Source: Octopus vulgaris
Taxonomy: Eukaryota
Reading direction: 5' to 3'
DNA length: 64,000 bases
Assembly: GCA_951406725.2 (NCBI GenBank)
Contig: OX597832.1
Span: forward strand, 59,458,001-59,522,000
The translations under genes and the position numbers were made by a program. The notes under the pieces are model-generated. The model ran no database searches. It worked only from the letters and a program-made list of their open reading frames with translations, and was not told the origin of the DNA. Positions 14,698-29,611 of this stretch are shown piece after piece; position 1 is the first letter of the stretch, and every line of letters starts with the position of its first letter.

Positions 14698-15371
14698 TAT
14701 TAAAAAAAATATACATACGAGTCGCGAACTCGACACACCTAAAGTTTAAGTATGTTCTACCGGCCATTCTCCAAACTTTCGATGTCATTTGCGTGTAAGA
14801 GAATGAAGGGTAGTGGCGTAAAAACCGGTTTGCTGGTGGTAGCTTTGTTTGTTCTTTAGATATTTAAATAGTTTCGTTCATTCAAAGTCAGTACTGAATA
14901 GTCAGTCATTGAAAATACAAAATATACAAATAATGTTTAGCAATTTGAGACCATAAAGAGTTGCAATGAATCTATCAGATAAATATCTTACTACATAAAT
15001 AGTAAATATTGTGTCAAAAATGTCGGTCAAAATGGCGTTCCAGCAAAGTTGAAACAGAAGTAAAAATGGCGGTGTACTTGCTCACTCAAATATCGTATAT
15101 AAATACTTCTCATACAATCATATAAGTATTTACACACGTTGATGTATAACTGCTGTGTGTTTGTAAGTATGTAAAGGTATATGTGTGTATGTACGTGTGT
15201 GTGTGTGTGTGTGTATGCATGTATGTATGTACGTGTGTAGGTATGTACGTGTGTCTGTATGTACATGTGAGTGTATGTAGATGTGTGCAGGTGAGTAGGT
15301 GGATATATAGTTTGGTATGTAGATAGTTAGACAGATCAATAGTTATTTAGATAGATAGATAGATAGATAGT

Positions 15372-15431
<60 letters not shown>

Positions 15432-15639
15432 CAGACAGATTGGATAGATAGGTTGATAAATAGACAGACAAACAGACAGAGAGATAGATAAGTAGATAGA
15501 TAGAGAGATAGTCACTTATATAGAATGATGAGCATTTTAATATACACAAATATTTACTAAAATAATGGATGTTTATCGATAGATAGCACTGTATCTTCCT
15601 CTTCCTTTCCCTCTCTCTAATACTGAATACCCAAATCTG

Positions 15640-15703
<64 letters not shown>

Positions 15704-16204
15704 TAAAAGATTTGAACTTATACCATTTCGAACCCTAACAAGCTAGTTGAAGAAACTCATGCCGTTCGACTTCGACTGACATTGAGGAAAGAACTACACG
15801 CAGCACGTCAGAAATTGTGAAAAACAGGCTTTTTCCTTCCTCTTCACATTTTTCTCTTTCTCTCCTCACACCACCATCTATGTTTTTATAAAGATTCAAT
15901 ATGACTGAACTTTCAATAAAGTATGTTTATTATGATTTTCATTGAACATTTAAACTTATATTACTATCTATACATATGAAACTGATTGAAGTCTCTGCGA
16001 ACATTTTAATATTTGATCGCTTAAACATATTTTTTACCTTGTATCTTTAAATTCTTCTAAACCCTTTATTTATTCATTCTTAACAACTGGTAAGCAAAAA
16101 ATTGTCGAAACCGGTTCGGTATCTGAATTTATAAATCTACAAAACGACTTCACGCTATGAGACTCATGTTCATTTTCAAACCCGAAAACAAATTCTTCTA
16201 TATG

Positions 16205-16264
<60 letters not shown>

Positions 16265-16286
16265 TAGATAGATATATATAGATATA

Positions 16287-16322
<36 letters not shown>

Positions 16323-16364
16323 TGTATGTATGTATGTATGTATGTATGTATGTATGTATGTATA

Positions 16365-16600
16365 TTGTTTCTTCCTTCTCGAGCCATGTCTGGTTTTCCG
16401 ATTTCCTTGGCCTACAGGTTCCCCACCTGGACGGGATGCCGGTCCATCGTGGGTGAGCTGCAAGATCCAGGAGGAAAGAGCGAGGGAAAGTTGTGGCGAA
16501 AGAGTCAGCAGAAGTTCGCCATTACCTTCCGCCGGAGCCGTGTGGAGCTTAGGTGTTTCGCTCATAAACAAACACATCACCCGGTTTGAGATTCGAATCC

Positions 16601-16605
<5 letters not shown>
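16365..16605 (-). mobile_element. tRNA-derived SINE sharing its core with 1579-1941 but with a different 3' part
   Basis: GAAAGTTGTGG..AAAGAG..CAGCAG...GCCGGAGCC..GTGGAGCTT..GTGTTTCGCTC shared; the minus-strand tail CGATGGACCGGCATCCCGTCCAGG differs. Confidence 0.75.
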
Positions 16606-16652
<47 letters not shown>

Positions 16653-16653
<1 letters not shown>

Positions 16654-17752
16654 TAGCATTAAAGACCCGTCGTTGCCGGGTCATAGTGCTAGTGCATGTA
16701 TATATGTGTATATATATGTGTACATATTACATGTACATCTATATATATACATCTACACATAAAATACAAAATACAATGTTATATCTTAATATCGCTAGTG
16801 ATCACAATACTCAAAATATATAACAGATTGGAATTGTTAGCCCGTCTCTTGTAATTTCGATCAATTGTATCTTGTCCTCCCTCTTGTATAGAAGTGTGGC
16901 TACAATCCAGCCTACTTCTACTTCTTTGCAAGTTCGCGTCGAGTACTCCCTTGCACGCTCCGTTGACTCGAACCTTGCTTCTATTGTGGCGAATTTACCG
17001 CCTCTGATTAGATACCTTTCATAGTCGCACCAAGACACTTTTCGAAGGTGCTTTCCTCCATGTGTTCAAATCTTCTTTTTTCTCTACATTGTATACTTTA
17101 CAGACAATAGTCTTTTCTTTAATTTAATTTTTTATTATCCATCTGGACTATTCCATTTCTGCACGCTAATTTTATTTTCAATTTATTCTCATTCATGTGA
17201 AACCACTTATTCAAGTTCAACTCATTGATGCAATTTTATACCAATTGCTATTTTTATTTTATTTTTTATGTTACGATTATATTATACTTTAGTTTGATTT
17301 TAATTATTACTTACTACATATAATTCAATTGTTATTATTATTTTTATTGTTAAAGTGAAAATATCTGACATAAAATAGAGAAACGTTTTTGTTTCACTTT
17401 TAACACGTAATACTGAAATAGTGGAGAAGATATGATATTGCTATGGGCTCGCTCTAGGCAAGAGGTTGAACATTTTTGTTGCCCATGAAACTACATGAAC
17501 CCTAAGTAAGGCATGTGTAAAATTTGAATGGAATTGGTTGTGTAGTTCTCAAGTTTTAGGGAATCGTAGTAGAGAAGATATGATATTGCTATGGGCTCGC
17601 CCTAAGCAAAAAGTTTAAAAAAAGTTTTGCCGATGACACTCCCCGGACCCTAAGTAAGGCATGTGTAAAATTTGAATGAAATTGGTTGTGTAGTTCTCAA
17701 GTTTTAGGGAAACACAGAGACAGACAGACAGACAGACAGACACACATTCTCA

Positions 17753-17765
<13 letters not shown>
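16653..17765 (-). mobile_element. Non-autonomous Helitron with an internal ~150 bp tandem duplication
   Basis: Minus-strand 3' end CTAG|T preceded by a hairpin (GACCCG..CGGGTC, 16664-16682); (GACA)n near the other end as in 19414-19822; direct repeats ~17420-17560 and ~17570-17710. Confidence 0.7.
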
Positions 17766-17811
<46 letters not shown>

Positions 17812-18123
17812 GTATGTATGAATGTATGTATGTATGCATGTATGTATGTGTGTGTGTATGTATGAAGGTATATTTCATTGTTCGAAGGGTGTATCGTGAA
17901 TTAGACATAGCTATAAATAATGGTGTGTAGCAAATATTGGCTGAGAAAACGTTTTCGACTAAAAAAGTCGTAGGGTTTTAACGCAACATTCAGATAGCAT
18001 TAGTTATAAAATTTATCTACTTCGTAAATTCACCGTTCCCCTAAAAAGTATTTCACATTTTCTCGAAATCTATAAATGCCTATGACGTCAATGTGTGTGT
18101 ATGTGTGTGACTTTGCACGCTCA

Positions 18124-18206
<83 letters not shown>

Positions 18207-18603
18207 GTGGTAATGTGTGGGGGTTGGGTGATTACAAATCTGTACTGTCGTGATCGAAGAAATAGTTCCGTTTTAATATATTCCTTTGAACAAAAGTCTA
18301 CAGAGTGTGGCTTATTCTCATATCAAAGAGATCAAACAATGCAGGAGGCGAGCGGGGAGAATGCCAAAATAGCAACAGCAACAGCAACAACAACAACCGT
18401 GACAGCCACAACAAAAACTACTACAAAAATTTCAACAACAACACCATCAAGAACAAAAGCCAAAATGGCGTGTAGTTTTCAACGTAGAATGTTCTGTTTA
18501 ATATTCAAATTGATAATAGTATAACAGGACATGGGACAAGGGCCAAAGGAAAAAAAACGAACGCGTATATTTCATACACATACACCTACACACGCAACCG
18601 CAT

Positions 18604-18650
<47 letters not shown>

Positions 18651-19174
18651 CTTATAAATATATTTTCATACATATTTCACTATTTGACCAAACATCTCAG
18701 CGGGAATGTTTATATTTACATATACATATACACTGGTGTGCGTGTGCGTATGTATGTGTGTGCATGTGTCTGTGTGTGTATGTCAGTGTGTGCGCGAGTG
18801 TGTTTCTATCTGCGCGTGTGTCTAAGTGTGTATGTGTGTGTGTGCATGTCTGTGTCTGTGTGTGTATTCTGTGTGTGTGTGTGTATGTGTGCATACGCGT
18901 GTGTGTTTGTGTGCATGCGCGTGTGCGTTTGCACATGTGTGTACAAGTGTGTGTTTTTGTGTGTGCATATGTTTGTGTTTTTGTGTGTGCATGTGTCTCT
19001 GTTTGTGCGTGCGTGTGTATGTGCATGCGCGTGCGTCTGTGTATGTGTGTTGTGTGCCTGTGTGCATGCGTACATGTGTGTATGTGTCCCTATATCTATA
19101 TGTATATACGTATAAAACTCAAATGAAAGTGACCTTCTCAAATCATCCTCATTCATAAGGGACCCCCACCCCCC

Positions 19175-19375
19175 GGTTTCATGGCCTATAAATTCTTCCG
19201 CTGGATAGGACGACAGTCCATAGAAATATCACTCATACTTGCCTGCTGAATGAACTGGGATAACATGAAACTAAGGGTTTTGCTCAAGAACGCAATGCAT
19301 TGCCCGGTCCAGGAAACGAAACCACAATCGCACGATCATGAGTCCAACTCCCGAACCACTAAGCTACGCGCTCGC
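19175..19375 (-). mobile_element. Old tRNA-derived SINE
   Basis: Minus strand GCGCGTAGCTTAGTGGTT...GTGGTTTCGTTTCCTGGACCGGGC head; similar to 47592-47770. Confidence 0.65.
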
Positions 19376-19413
19376 ACTATATATGTATAAATGCATCCAT
19401 ACATTCATATATA

Positions 19414-19822
19414 CTAGCAGTATCGCCCGGCGTTGCTCGGGTTTGTAAGGGAAATAACTATATAAGCATTTTTAGAGAGTTATAGCCAAAAAATAGCAAA
19501 AAAATGCATTACAAATGGAAAAAAAAATTATGGTAAATTTTTTTTTAAATCGTTGACTCATCGTAGACATTTTTAGAGAGTTACTTCCCTTATATAATAA
19601 CAAAAAAATGCATTAAAATGGAAAAAAATAATGGTAAATTATTTTTAAAATCGTACACTCATCGTAGACGCGTGTGTGTAGACGCTAATACCCAGAAGGG
19701 CTCGATATGAGTCACGACTATAAGATACCCGGTTTTGGTTACACTGCACCGCAAAATGTGGGAGTAGTTAGGAATCTAAATCGTAGGAGACAGACACACA
19801 AATTCACTTTTATATATAAAGA
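19414..19822 (-). mobile_element. Complete non-autonomous Helitron
   Basis: Minus strand A|TCTTTATATATAAAAG...CCCGAGCAACGCCGGG-CGATACTG-CTAG|T: TC start, subterminal hairpin, CTAG end, A|T target, no TSD; internal ~105 bp duplication. Confidence 0.88.
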
Positions 19823-20355
19823 TTACATGTATTTGAGATCGCTCTGCAACAGAACGGGTCTAACAGCTTCCTGTGAAATTCGCAAACCGTCCGTCCCAGC
19901 GGAAGTTGTACTTCGTTGTCCTGAGGTAACTTCGTTCTCTCTAAACCGTTCTCCAGTTATTTCATTTCGGTTATCCTCACACATTGGTATTCCGAGAAAG
20001 GATCTTTCCACGGCCTTTTACCTCGTAGCGAATCGATGTTCTTCTTCTTAAATGGTTTCGTACTGAATGGAATAGAAGGGGAAACTCGAGAAAGAATTAT
20101 CAGTGCATTGTGTCAAGCGACGTACAACGTCCAATGAAGTCGTCGATACAGGGTTGTGGAGGTGATATTCATACGCACTCTGACACACATACATATCTAT
20201 ATGCGCATATATGCGTTCGTGCACACACACACATATATATCTATATACATATATATATATATACACACATATATCTATATACATATATATATACATATAT
20301 ATACCTATACACATGTGTATATAGATATACATATATGTATATATATATGAGTATA

Positions 20356-20392
<37 letters not shown>

Positions 20393-20639
20393 TTATATAT
20401 ATAAATATATACACACATATATATATATATAAATACGTACATATATATACATATATATACATACATATATATATATATATATGATAATGGAGCACAACTA
20501 AAGCAAAACGATTCCAGATATCTGTCTGTATGTTTGTCCAGCTATCTATCTATCTATCTATCTATCTATCGATCGATCTATCTATCTGTCTATCTATCTA
20601 TCTATCTATCTATCGATCGATCTATCTATCTATCTATCC

Positions 20640-20697
<58 letters not shown>

Positions 20698-21198
20698 TTA
20701 TGTGTGTGTGTATGTATTCGTGTCAACACACACGCACATATACACACACTAAATGCAACAAAAAGAAACAGCGTGTGTAAGCTGAGCGTGTGCTCTGCTT
20801 GTGTATATATACGTCTTTCTATGTCCGCGCCTGTGAGCTTAGCGTTGTAGGACCTAAAAGTACATGGGAAAATCTATATCGAGTAAAGAATATGTAAATA
20901 ATGTCAATGGGTTAATTCCCCTGCAATGACAGCCCCATTCTGATCGTGTGAATTTTATGCGAATCGAAAACGATTCGAGATTCCTTAATCTTGTCTGTCA
21001 CGAAATCTTTCTTGAGACTCAGTCGCTAAGCAAATCCATTTATTGGGATAAATTGGATTGTGAAGCAGTGTGTCTCTAGAACAGAATATTCTACAAACGT
21101 GATACATCTTACCCACTCACACATTCGAAAATGTCGTCAGACCGTAATGTTTTATCGTGCGCATGCCAATTCCTAATACGCTCTCCACCCCCTCTCTG

Positions 21199-21308
<110 letters not shown>

Positions 21309-21346
21309 GTTGTGAATGTAAGATTGTAGCGCTATGCATTACCACA

Positions 21347-21421
<75 letters not shown>

Positions 21422-21455
21422 GTATATCACAATATATATATATATATATTTATGT

Positions 21456-21577
21456 ATATCACAGAAATTATTCCTCGGAGTTTCACGTTCCCGTTCGTTG
21501 GACAGTTTTGTTTATATTCCAAACAAACTGTCCAGCGAATGGGAATGTGAAACTCCGAGGAACAGCTTTTGTGGTAT
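21456..21577. repeat. Imperfect ~55 bp-arm hairpin between TA runs
   Basis: TTCCTCGGAGTTTCAC.TTCCC.TTCG.TGGACAGTTT pairs with AAACTGTCCAGCGAATGGGAATGTGAAACTCCGAGGAA. Confidence 0.85.
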
Positions 21578-21797
21578 TCTTGCTGATTTTTAATAAAGCA
21601 TGTTACTCTCTCTCTCTCTATATATATATATATGTATATATATATATGTATATATATATGTATGTATATGAATATATATGTATATGTATATATACATGTA
21701 TATATATGTATATATATATATATATGTTTATATGTACGTATGTATGTATATATACGTACGTACAATGGGAAGGTCATACATACACACACACACACAC

Positions 21798-21856
<59 letters not shown>

Positions 21857-22623
21857 GATATGCATCTATGTATAAAGGTGTGATGTGCACCGACACATGG
21901 GTACATGCCTGATTACATATACATTCGTGTATATATCTGTTTCTGTGTATGTGTGTGCGTGTGACGGAATAAATAGTCTACTCTGTCAGCACAAGAAACA
22001 GAAAAAGTTCAAATCGACTGTGAAAATTATAATAATATAATGTCAACAAAATTATTTTATTCCTTAAATATTTTACTCTTGCATGACCTTCCCGTTGTAC
22101 ATACGTAAATCATATGTGTGTGTGTGTGTTTGTATGCATGTGTGTGATAAAGAAGGACTCCCAGTGCTCAACAGGCAATCACATTGTCATTGGTTGACTT
22201 GGTGGTGATAAGGAATAAATTTCTGATAAACAGTGCTCACACTTGGAGATTTAACAGTTTGGGAGCAAGGCCAAAAGAAGTATTGCACAACACGAATAGA
22301 GAAACGTCATTTAACCGACTCGAGAATTCTTTCTGAATAAATTTGGCGATGAAATTGGAGATCGATTCAGCTATACAGTTAAGCTATCTCTGCTACCTTA
22401 TCTTCTTTTATATCTATCCTAGTGGAAATTGTTTTCGTTGCTATACGTCTTGGCATTGCGTTTACTGATCTATGTTTACATCTCCAGCATCTGTTTGTTT
22501 AAATATGTGTGTGTGTCTGTGTCTGTGACTGTGAATGTGTGTGTGTGTGTGTGTGTGTGTGCGTGAATGCTTAGATATGTGTAAGTACAATTATATACAA
22601 CGATAACTGAATGAATGAATAAA

Positions 22624-22685
<62 letters not shown>

Positions 22686-22695
22686 TATGTATATA

Positions 22696-22758
<63 letters not shown>

Positions 22759-23019
22759 ATATATATACATATATATACATATATATACATATACAGATAT
22801 ATATATATATATGTCCACACAGACATAACAGAAGTATATATGCACCTCATAAAACATCGTTTTATGTTTATTTTAACTTGAAAATATTTATAGTTTTTTT
22901 TTATTAATTGACATTTTTGTGTTTCAGGTCCTATATGTGACTGTTTGATCATGCCATATATAAAAGAAGCCTTGGAACTGTCTGAATATTAAAGATACCG
23001 TATTGCGAATTATTCTGAA

Positions 23020-23341
23020 GCTGGACATAGCTGGACGTTCATCACTATGGACATTGTTTCGGCCATCTTGGAAACGTGTGAACCACTCGTACACTTGTTT
23101 GCAGCTCATACAATCCTCTCCATGCACTCTCTGCAACTTTGCGTATGCCTCAGTCATGGTTAATGCGACGGTCACACGCTATACACCTTCCTTCCAAGTA
23201 CTGCTGTAAACATCAGAAGTGAGCTAGAACGTTAAAACTTAGTACGCATGCACAACAGAGTCCATGGTCAAACTGTGCCAAGCGGATCACTCTGCGTGCT
23301 CCAACTTCCTTAACAGTCCGGATACTTATTAATCAAACCTT

Positions 23342-23342
<1 letters not shown>
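23020..23342 (-). mobile_element. Mariner transposon 5' fragment (TIR and N-terminal HTH)
   Basis: TEAYAKLQRVHGEDCMSCKQVYEWFTRFQDGRNNVHSDERP matches the mariner N-terminal HTH pattern; TIR-like AGGTTTGATTAATAAGTATCCGGACTG upstream. Confidence 0.85.
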
Positions 23343-23421
<79 letters not shown>

Positions 23422-23514
23422 ATATATATATTAATATTGATAATATGATAACAAAAGAATGAAAGAGACCTCGATGTTATGTAAATAGAGGAATTTATCT
23501 ATAGTTGGTTGTCA

Positions 23515-23577
23515 TAATAAAATTCAGAGTTTCGGATGCCAGGGCTGAAGACTGCTTCGGCATCTCATCAGTTATTA
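23515..23577 (-). ncRNA. Type-I hammerhead ribozyme motif with canonical core
   Basis: Minus strand TAATAA-CTGATGA-GATGCC(18 nt)GGCATC-C-GAAAC-TCTGA-ATT-TTATTA: 6 bp stem I and 6 bp stem II; flank 23453-23500 homologous to 40513-40560. Confidence 0.8.
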
Positions 23578-23766
23578 AGACAAACATAAACGCTATGCAA
23601 AAAAACCCCAAAAAAACGTTGAATATTGAGAAATTACTCCAATAGGTGTGGGGAAAGTAAAACTTCGTTCATAGAATCTGCATATGCACACATATACATA
23701 CACGTACGCACACACACACACACATATATATATGCATGTATGTATGTGCATGTAAGAGTGTTCATA

Positions 23767-23826
<60 letters not shown>

Positions 23827-23860
23827 TTTGAAGCGTAACGGGGTTTTTCCCAAAGATAAC

Positions 23861-23918
<58 letters not shown>

Positions 23919-24803
23919 GCACACGCACTCGCACACACATACACACACACGCACAAATACATTGGTGTTTATAGATTTGAAATATGTAACGCAAAGTAGG
24001 ATTGAAATAAATGTAATTTCTATATTTTCTATACGAAAATTCTCACAGTTCTAGCTGTCAGCAATGTGAAGAATAATAAATAACATTAACAGTTATATTA
24101 ACAATGGCGTCGCTAACTAAGCCTGGTAGATTCTATTCTATGAGCTTGAAGGGGTGGGTGGGTTGTAGTTATGTGATTAAAACTTCGTCAGCCATTACAT
24201 TATTACAATTCATGTTAATTTAAGATGTGTTGATATTTCAAAATTTTATAGCTTAAAATCATCGTTAAGATCACAATTATCGATTAAAAGATTAGCAATG
24301 AAATGAATTAATGCCGCTAAACACATAAAGCGTTTCGCATGCAACGGAAAGAGGAGTTGGTTCTGCCTTTCGATGTTAGCTTATATTATTATAATATAGA
24401 AACAAAGTTAGCAGAAGTCTGAGGGTGTTTGCCAAGATACATAAAGCTTGCGTGTTAGATCAAAGATAAGTTTATACAAATTATCATCTTGCGTTTTAAT
24501 GAAGATTTCATTTCATGATATCTCGGAGGTAATTTTAAGCAATTTTTCTAAAATATTTTATTTTATTTCATTTCTGGTTCTTTCTTTGTAACTTTGAAAA
24601 AAATAATTTTTTTTTTTATAATTTCATTTATTCGTTTTATTCTATTTTATTTCTGTTTATTTTTCTTATTTCTTTTATTTTTCTACTGTTTTTACTTTTG
24701 TGTGAAATAATCTTTCTGAAAATATACTTGCAGTTTGATAATGAGTGCATTAATTCTCTGAAAACTATTTTAAATCTAGAAAGAACGAACAGAGGTGAGG
24801 AAC

Positions 24804-24844
<41 letters not shown>

Positions 24845-25619
24845 AAAACAGAGAGACAGAGAGTTTCCACCATGAACAAACCTCTGAGACTCTGATAAAT
24901 AATATACTCCATCAGGCATCAGAAGTGCTGGATCGAACGCAATTGCTTTTAGCCAATATATTCTGGTTTTATTTCTCTAATTAATCAGCAGATCTCTAGA
25001 GAATACCTGATTAAATTATTTCATCAATTCACAGTGGGAATTCGATTCAAAAACACTACTGGTGTTTGCATTATTTTATTTATATATTTATTCAATTATT
25101 ATTATTATTACTATCATCATTATTATTATTCATATGTTTATTTTTAAAAATATAGTAACATATCAGATTTTAATTAGTTAATTAATCATCGGATTAATAA
25201 ACTCGGTGAAACATCAATCGCAATAAGTCCTTGAAACGAAGGGCTCTTAATTTCCTATTGAAAAAAAAATATGCAATAAACTCTGCTGTGTAGATTGTAA
25301 CTAAATCATCGAACTGGTTGAGAGTTAGAGCAGTCCAAGTCAATACTATGTTGAACAGAGAACTAAGCAATCGATTTGGTGAAGCCTTTTGAAGTACAAG
25401 CTTCATTCACTATTTTAACAAGATTACTGAATAATTAATACAAGGAATCTAATCTAATTCTTTAAGTTTATATTCAAGTTTCAAGGTAGCACATGGAATA
25501 CAAAAAAACTGTCTACGTAACAAAAAATATTAGATTAAAATGGCAATCTGAGTAGCATACACAATGGATATACATCCTGAAAGGACGGGTTAAGGTCAGA
25601 GAAAGTGAGAGGTAAGGGT

Positions 25620-26450
25620 GTGTTCATAAAATATAGGATCTGTTCATGCAATTGTATGGTGGTAACAAAGACGGGAAACCCAAAGTGCATACTGGAAGGG
25701 AACAATCAAATCATCAAGCAGGTATCATCCTTCAACTATCTTGGAACTTTGGTTACAGAAGACGCAAGGTGTGTGAAAAGGGATCAAAAGATGAATGCTG
25801 CTGGCAAAATCTACATTCTTAAAATTGTATAACCGTACCAACATCACCAACGTACTCTGAGCATCAACACCAAGATCCATAACCTGATCTACTATGTCTA
25901 CCTTGTGTTAATGTATGGAAGTGAGGCATGGTCTATAACATCAGAAATGAGGTGCTTGGTGAGCGGTTAAATATTGTTCTTAAGGAGAATATTGTTTTCT
26001 ACTCTAGACACAAGGCCCTAAATTTTGGGGGAGGGCGCCAGTTGAATAGATCGACCCCCCAGTTCGCAACTGGTACTTAATTTATCGACCCCAAGAGGAT
26101 GAAAGGCAAAGTGGGCCTCGGTGGAATTTGAACGCAGAACCTAAAGACAGACGAAATACCGCTAAGTATTTCGCCTGGCGTGCTAACGTTTCTGCCAGCT
26201 CGCCTTTGTTAAGGAGAATATTGAGGACAGGATGGACAGACAAAATGAAAAAGCAATTAACCAAACTGCAGTAAATGGGAAACGGCTTCCATAGATAAAG
26301 CCAAGCAACTGAGATTTCCTGGTCATGTGATGAGAAAAGATGACTTGGAGAATTTAGCGATGACCGGAAAGACTGAAGAGAAAAGTAGAGGAGAGAGTAA
26401 AAGCGTCGGGTGAAATGGATGTCAAACTTGATGAATTGTTTGGATGGAAG
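25620..26450 (+). pseudogene. RTE-like LINE fragment (RT C-terminal region) interrupted by a SINE
   Basis: IKQVSSFNYLGTLVTED, LMYGSEAW and GHVMRKDDLENLAMTGK motifs with frameshifts. Confidence 0.8.
25995..26208 (-). mobile_element. Full-length SINE family B with 15 bp TSD
   Basis: TTAAGGAGAATATTG at 25980-25994 and 26209-26223; minus-strand head GGCGAGCTGGCAGAAACGTTAGC. Confidence 0.92.
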
Positions 26451-26454
26451 AGCA

Positions 26455-26602
26455 TTCTGAGTTCAAATTCCGCCGAGTTCGACTTTGCCTTTCATCCTTT
26501 CGCGGTCGATATATTGAGTACCAGTTGCGTACTGAAGTCGATCTAATTGACTGGCCCTCTCCCCCAAAATTTCGGACCTTGTACCTAGAGTAGAAAAGAA
26601 TA
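26455..26602 (+). mobile_element. SINE family B, 5'-truncated
   Basis: TTCTGAGTTCAAATTCCGCCGAG...TAGAGTAGAAAAGAAT. Confidence 0.85.
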
Positions 26603-26786
26603 TCTGATCTTCTATTTCATGATTTTAACTGCTGAAGGATAATGGAGCTCAAAGCATCAACCTACCAAATTATACTGTACTTGAACGGCTTCTAAACTGC
26701 ATACACCAATCAACTACTCCTCCGTTCTCACACTCTTCCCCTCGTTTGCTCTATCTGCGTTCTACTTCTGCCTTTCTCACTCACCT

Positions 26787-26820
<34 letters not shown>

Positions 26821-27014
26821 TCTTTCTTCATATCTCTGCTTCTCTCTTTTCTTCTAATATGATTTTCAGTTTGGAATGAGACGACGATGAAGACTTATCG
26901 TGTCGCATCTGGGAAAACCAACTGACCCAAGATGACCAGATAATCTTGCAATGATGGCGAGAAAGCGATGAGGTAGCGCAGATACAATGCTGGAATAGTA
27001 TTACTTACTATTTA

Positions 27015-27533
<519 letters not shown>

Positions 27534-29398
27534 AATGGCTCGAATGCTAGCGACAGAGCAGACTCTGCTAGAAGAAACGGGAGACCAAATAACGATATTA
27601 GAATTGGTGTCGGAGTAAATCTACCACGTCGGATTAAGATTACCACCCAAGATCAGTCTAACACCCAAGCTTAGATTAATCTTAGTTTAATAACCAAAGT
27701 GAGTTTACTATACAAGTGAAGTGATGTTGGTGATAGCGGTGGTAGGAACGGCGGTGATAGTCGTGCTGCAAGAGAAGATGGTACGTTGGTAGTAATGACG
27801 ATGGTTGTGGCGGTGGTGGTGGTTGTGGTGGCGGTTATATTGGAACCGTTGTTTGTAATGTCAGTGGTGTTGTAGGTGATTGTGATAGCGTAGGTAGTAG
27901 TGGTCGTAGTGTAAAATGGTGATGGTGTAGCTGATGGTTTTGGTGATTGGCGATTATGTTCAAAGCGGTACTGGTAATGCCAGTGGTGGTTGTGGTGGTT
28001 GTGATGGTGATGTATATAATGGTTGTGGCGGTGGTAGTTGCATAGGCGGTGGTGTTGGTGATTATGTTGGAAGCAGCAGTGGTACTGTTGTTGTTGTTGT
28101 TAGTGGTGGTGGTGATGGTGGTGGAGGTGGTGGTAGCCAGTGTAGTTGTGGCGGCGGCAGCAGTGGTGTTAATACTGTTGACAGCATGGCTGAGGTGATG
28201 GTTATAGTAAATGTTATGATGGTAGTGTATTGATGGTGGTATTGGTGGTGGTGATGGAAGTCCTGGTGTCGGTGTTAGCGTTGTTCGCGTTGTTGTTGAC
28301 AGTCGTAGCCATGATGGTGGCAGTGGCGGTGATGGGTTTATCTTAACAGCTCTAATAGCGATGGTGGCGACGAACCAATCTCTGACGCAATTGCTGGCTT
28401 TGGTAAGCAACATTGATAAAAGTCGAGTAAAACCCGAGAAAGCGACGTAGGAGGAAAACGCCATTAGGAGCGTGAAATATGCTGAATAAAAAGCGAAAAA
28501 GATGGCTGATAACTGAATGAAAGCTTGATTTAAGGAATATTTTCTGTTTCTTGCTGTGTATATTCCTGCAGACGATAGCAATGCGGAAGTGTTCAACTTC
28601 CTACTAATGAGAAGAAAACCAAAAATTCAATGATTTGAGAATAGTTTGTTTCGTGATCGGCTTTACGCCATTACAGCTGTCGGTGTTGCTCTTTCGCTTA
28701 GTGCATAAAACTAATAACGTTATTCCTGTAGTTCTCGCTGCTACTACTGCTGCTGCTGCTGCTGTTGTTGTTGTTGCTAATGTTGCTAATGTTGCTAATG
28801 ATGAAGATGTCGCTGCTGATTTGTGTACGGCTGCTTAAGATTTCTAATTCTGGCGATATTTGTTCTTTTTTTTTTTCGTTTTGGTTTTTTATTTTTCTTG
28901 CTTTTTTTTTTGGTTTGTTGAATTGGAATTTTTTTTTTTGGTTTTTTTTTGTTTCATGTTTTTATTGGTAAATTTGCTGCTTATTTCTCGGAGCGTTTCC
29001 CAGATTTTCCAATCCTTGGCATCGCCGAATTCTTTGCTTGTTCTTCCAGCAACACAACTATTTAAAATCCTTAATCGACAAGCGCTTATCAAAGCTTCAA
29101 AGGCGCCGCCGATTAGATGGAATCAACTAAGCTGGAGATTATCTCGGAAAGAAGTTAAACCACTCAGTGTTCAGCTAGAAATAGGTGTGTGTGTATGTGT
29201 GTGTATGTGTGTGTATGTGTGCGTGTGTGCGTGTGTGTGAGAGAGAGGGAGAGCGAGAGAGAGAGAGAAAGAGAGAAAGTTCCTGTGTATATGTGTGTAT
29301 ATGATTAGGGAGTAGAGAGAAAATAGGGCGTCAAAATGAGGGAGAAAGGGTAAGATGACTTATATTCCTTAAGAAGATTATGAAGAAGGGAAAATGAG

Positions 29399-29437
<39 letters not shown>

Positions 29438-29583
29438 CAAAAAGAGAAAGAGAGACAAAAAGAGAAAGAGAGGGAAAGAGGGGGAGAGAAACGTAGAGAT
29501 AGAGAGAGAGAGAGAGGTGGGAAACCAAACAAAGCATTTAATTCTTAGAGAAGAGAAGAGTGGATAGAAAATAATTAAAATTG

Positions 29584-29611
29584 TGACGTAAAATATGAAA
29601 TGTCACGTGAC
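29584..29611. promoter_or_regulatory. CRE-like TGACGTAA plus palindromic E-box GTCACGTGAC
   Basis: Two bZIP/bHLH-type motifs 10 bp apart in a non-repetitive island; motif match only. Confidence 0.3.

Noticed and set aside
16083-16120. CTGGTAA...GAAACCGGTT possible decayed hammerhead
   Set aside because: The core has two changes and stem I does not pair, so it was not counted
17420-17710. Direct repeats as a CRISPR-like array
   Set aside because: Only two ~150 bp units inside a Helitron, with no spacers or cas genes, in eukaryotic DNA
19990-20165. Further Penelope GIY-YIG tail (minus strand [14 protein letters not shown])
   Set aside because: Similarity to 13260-13330 is too short and degenerate to call
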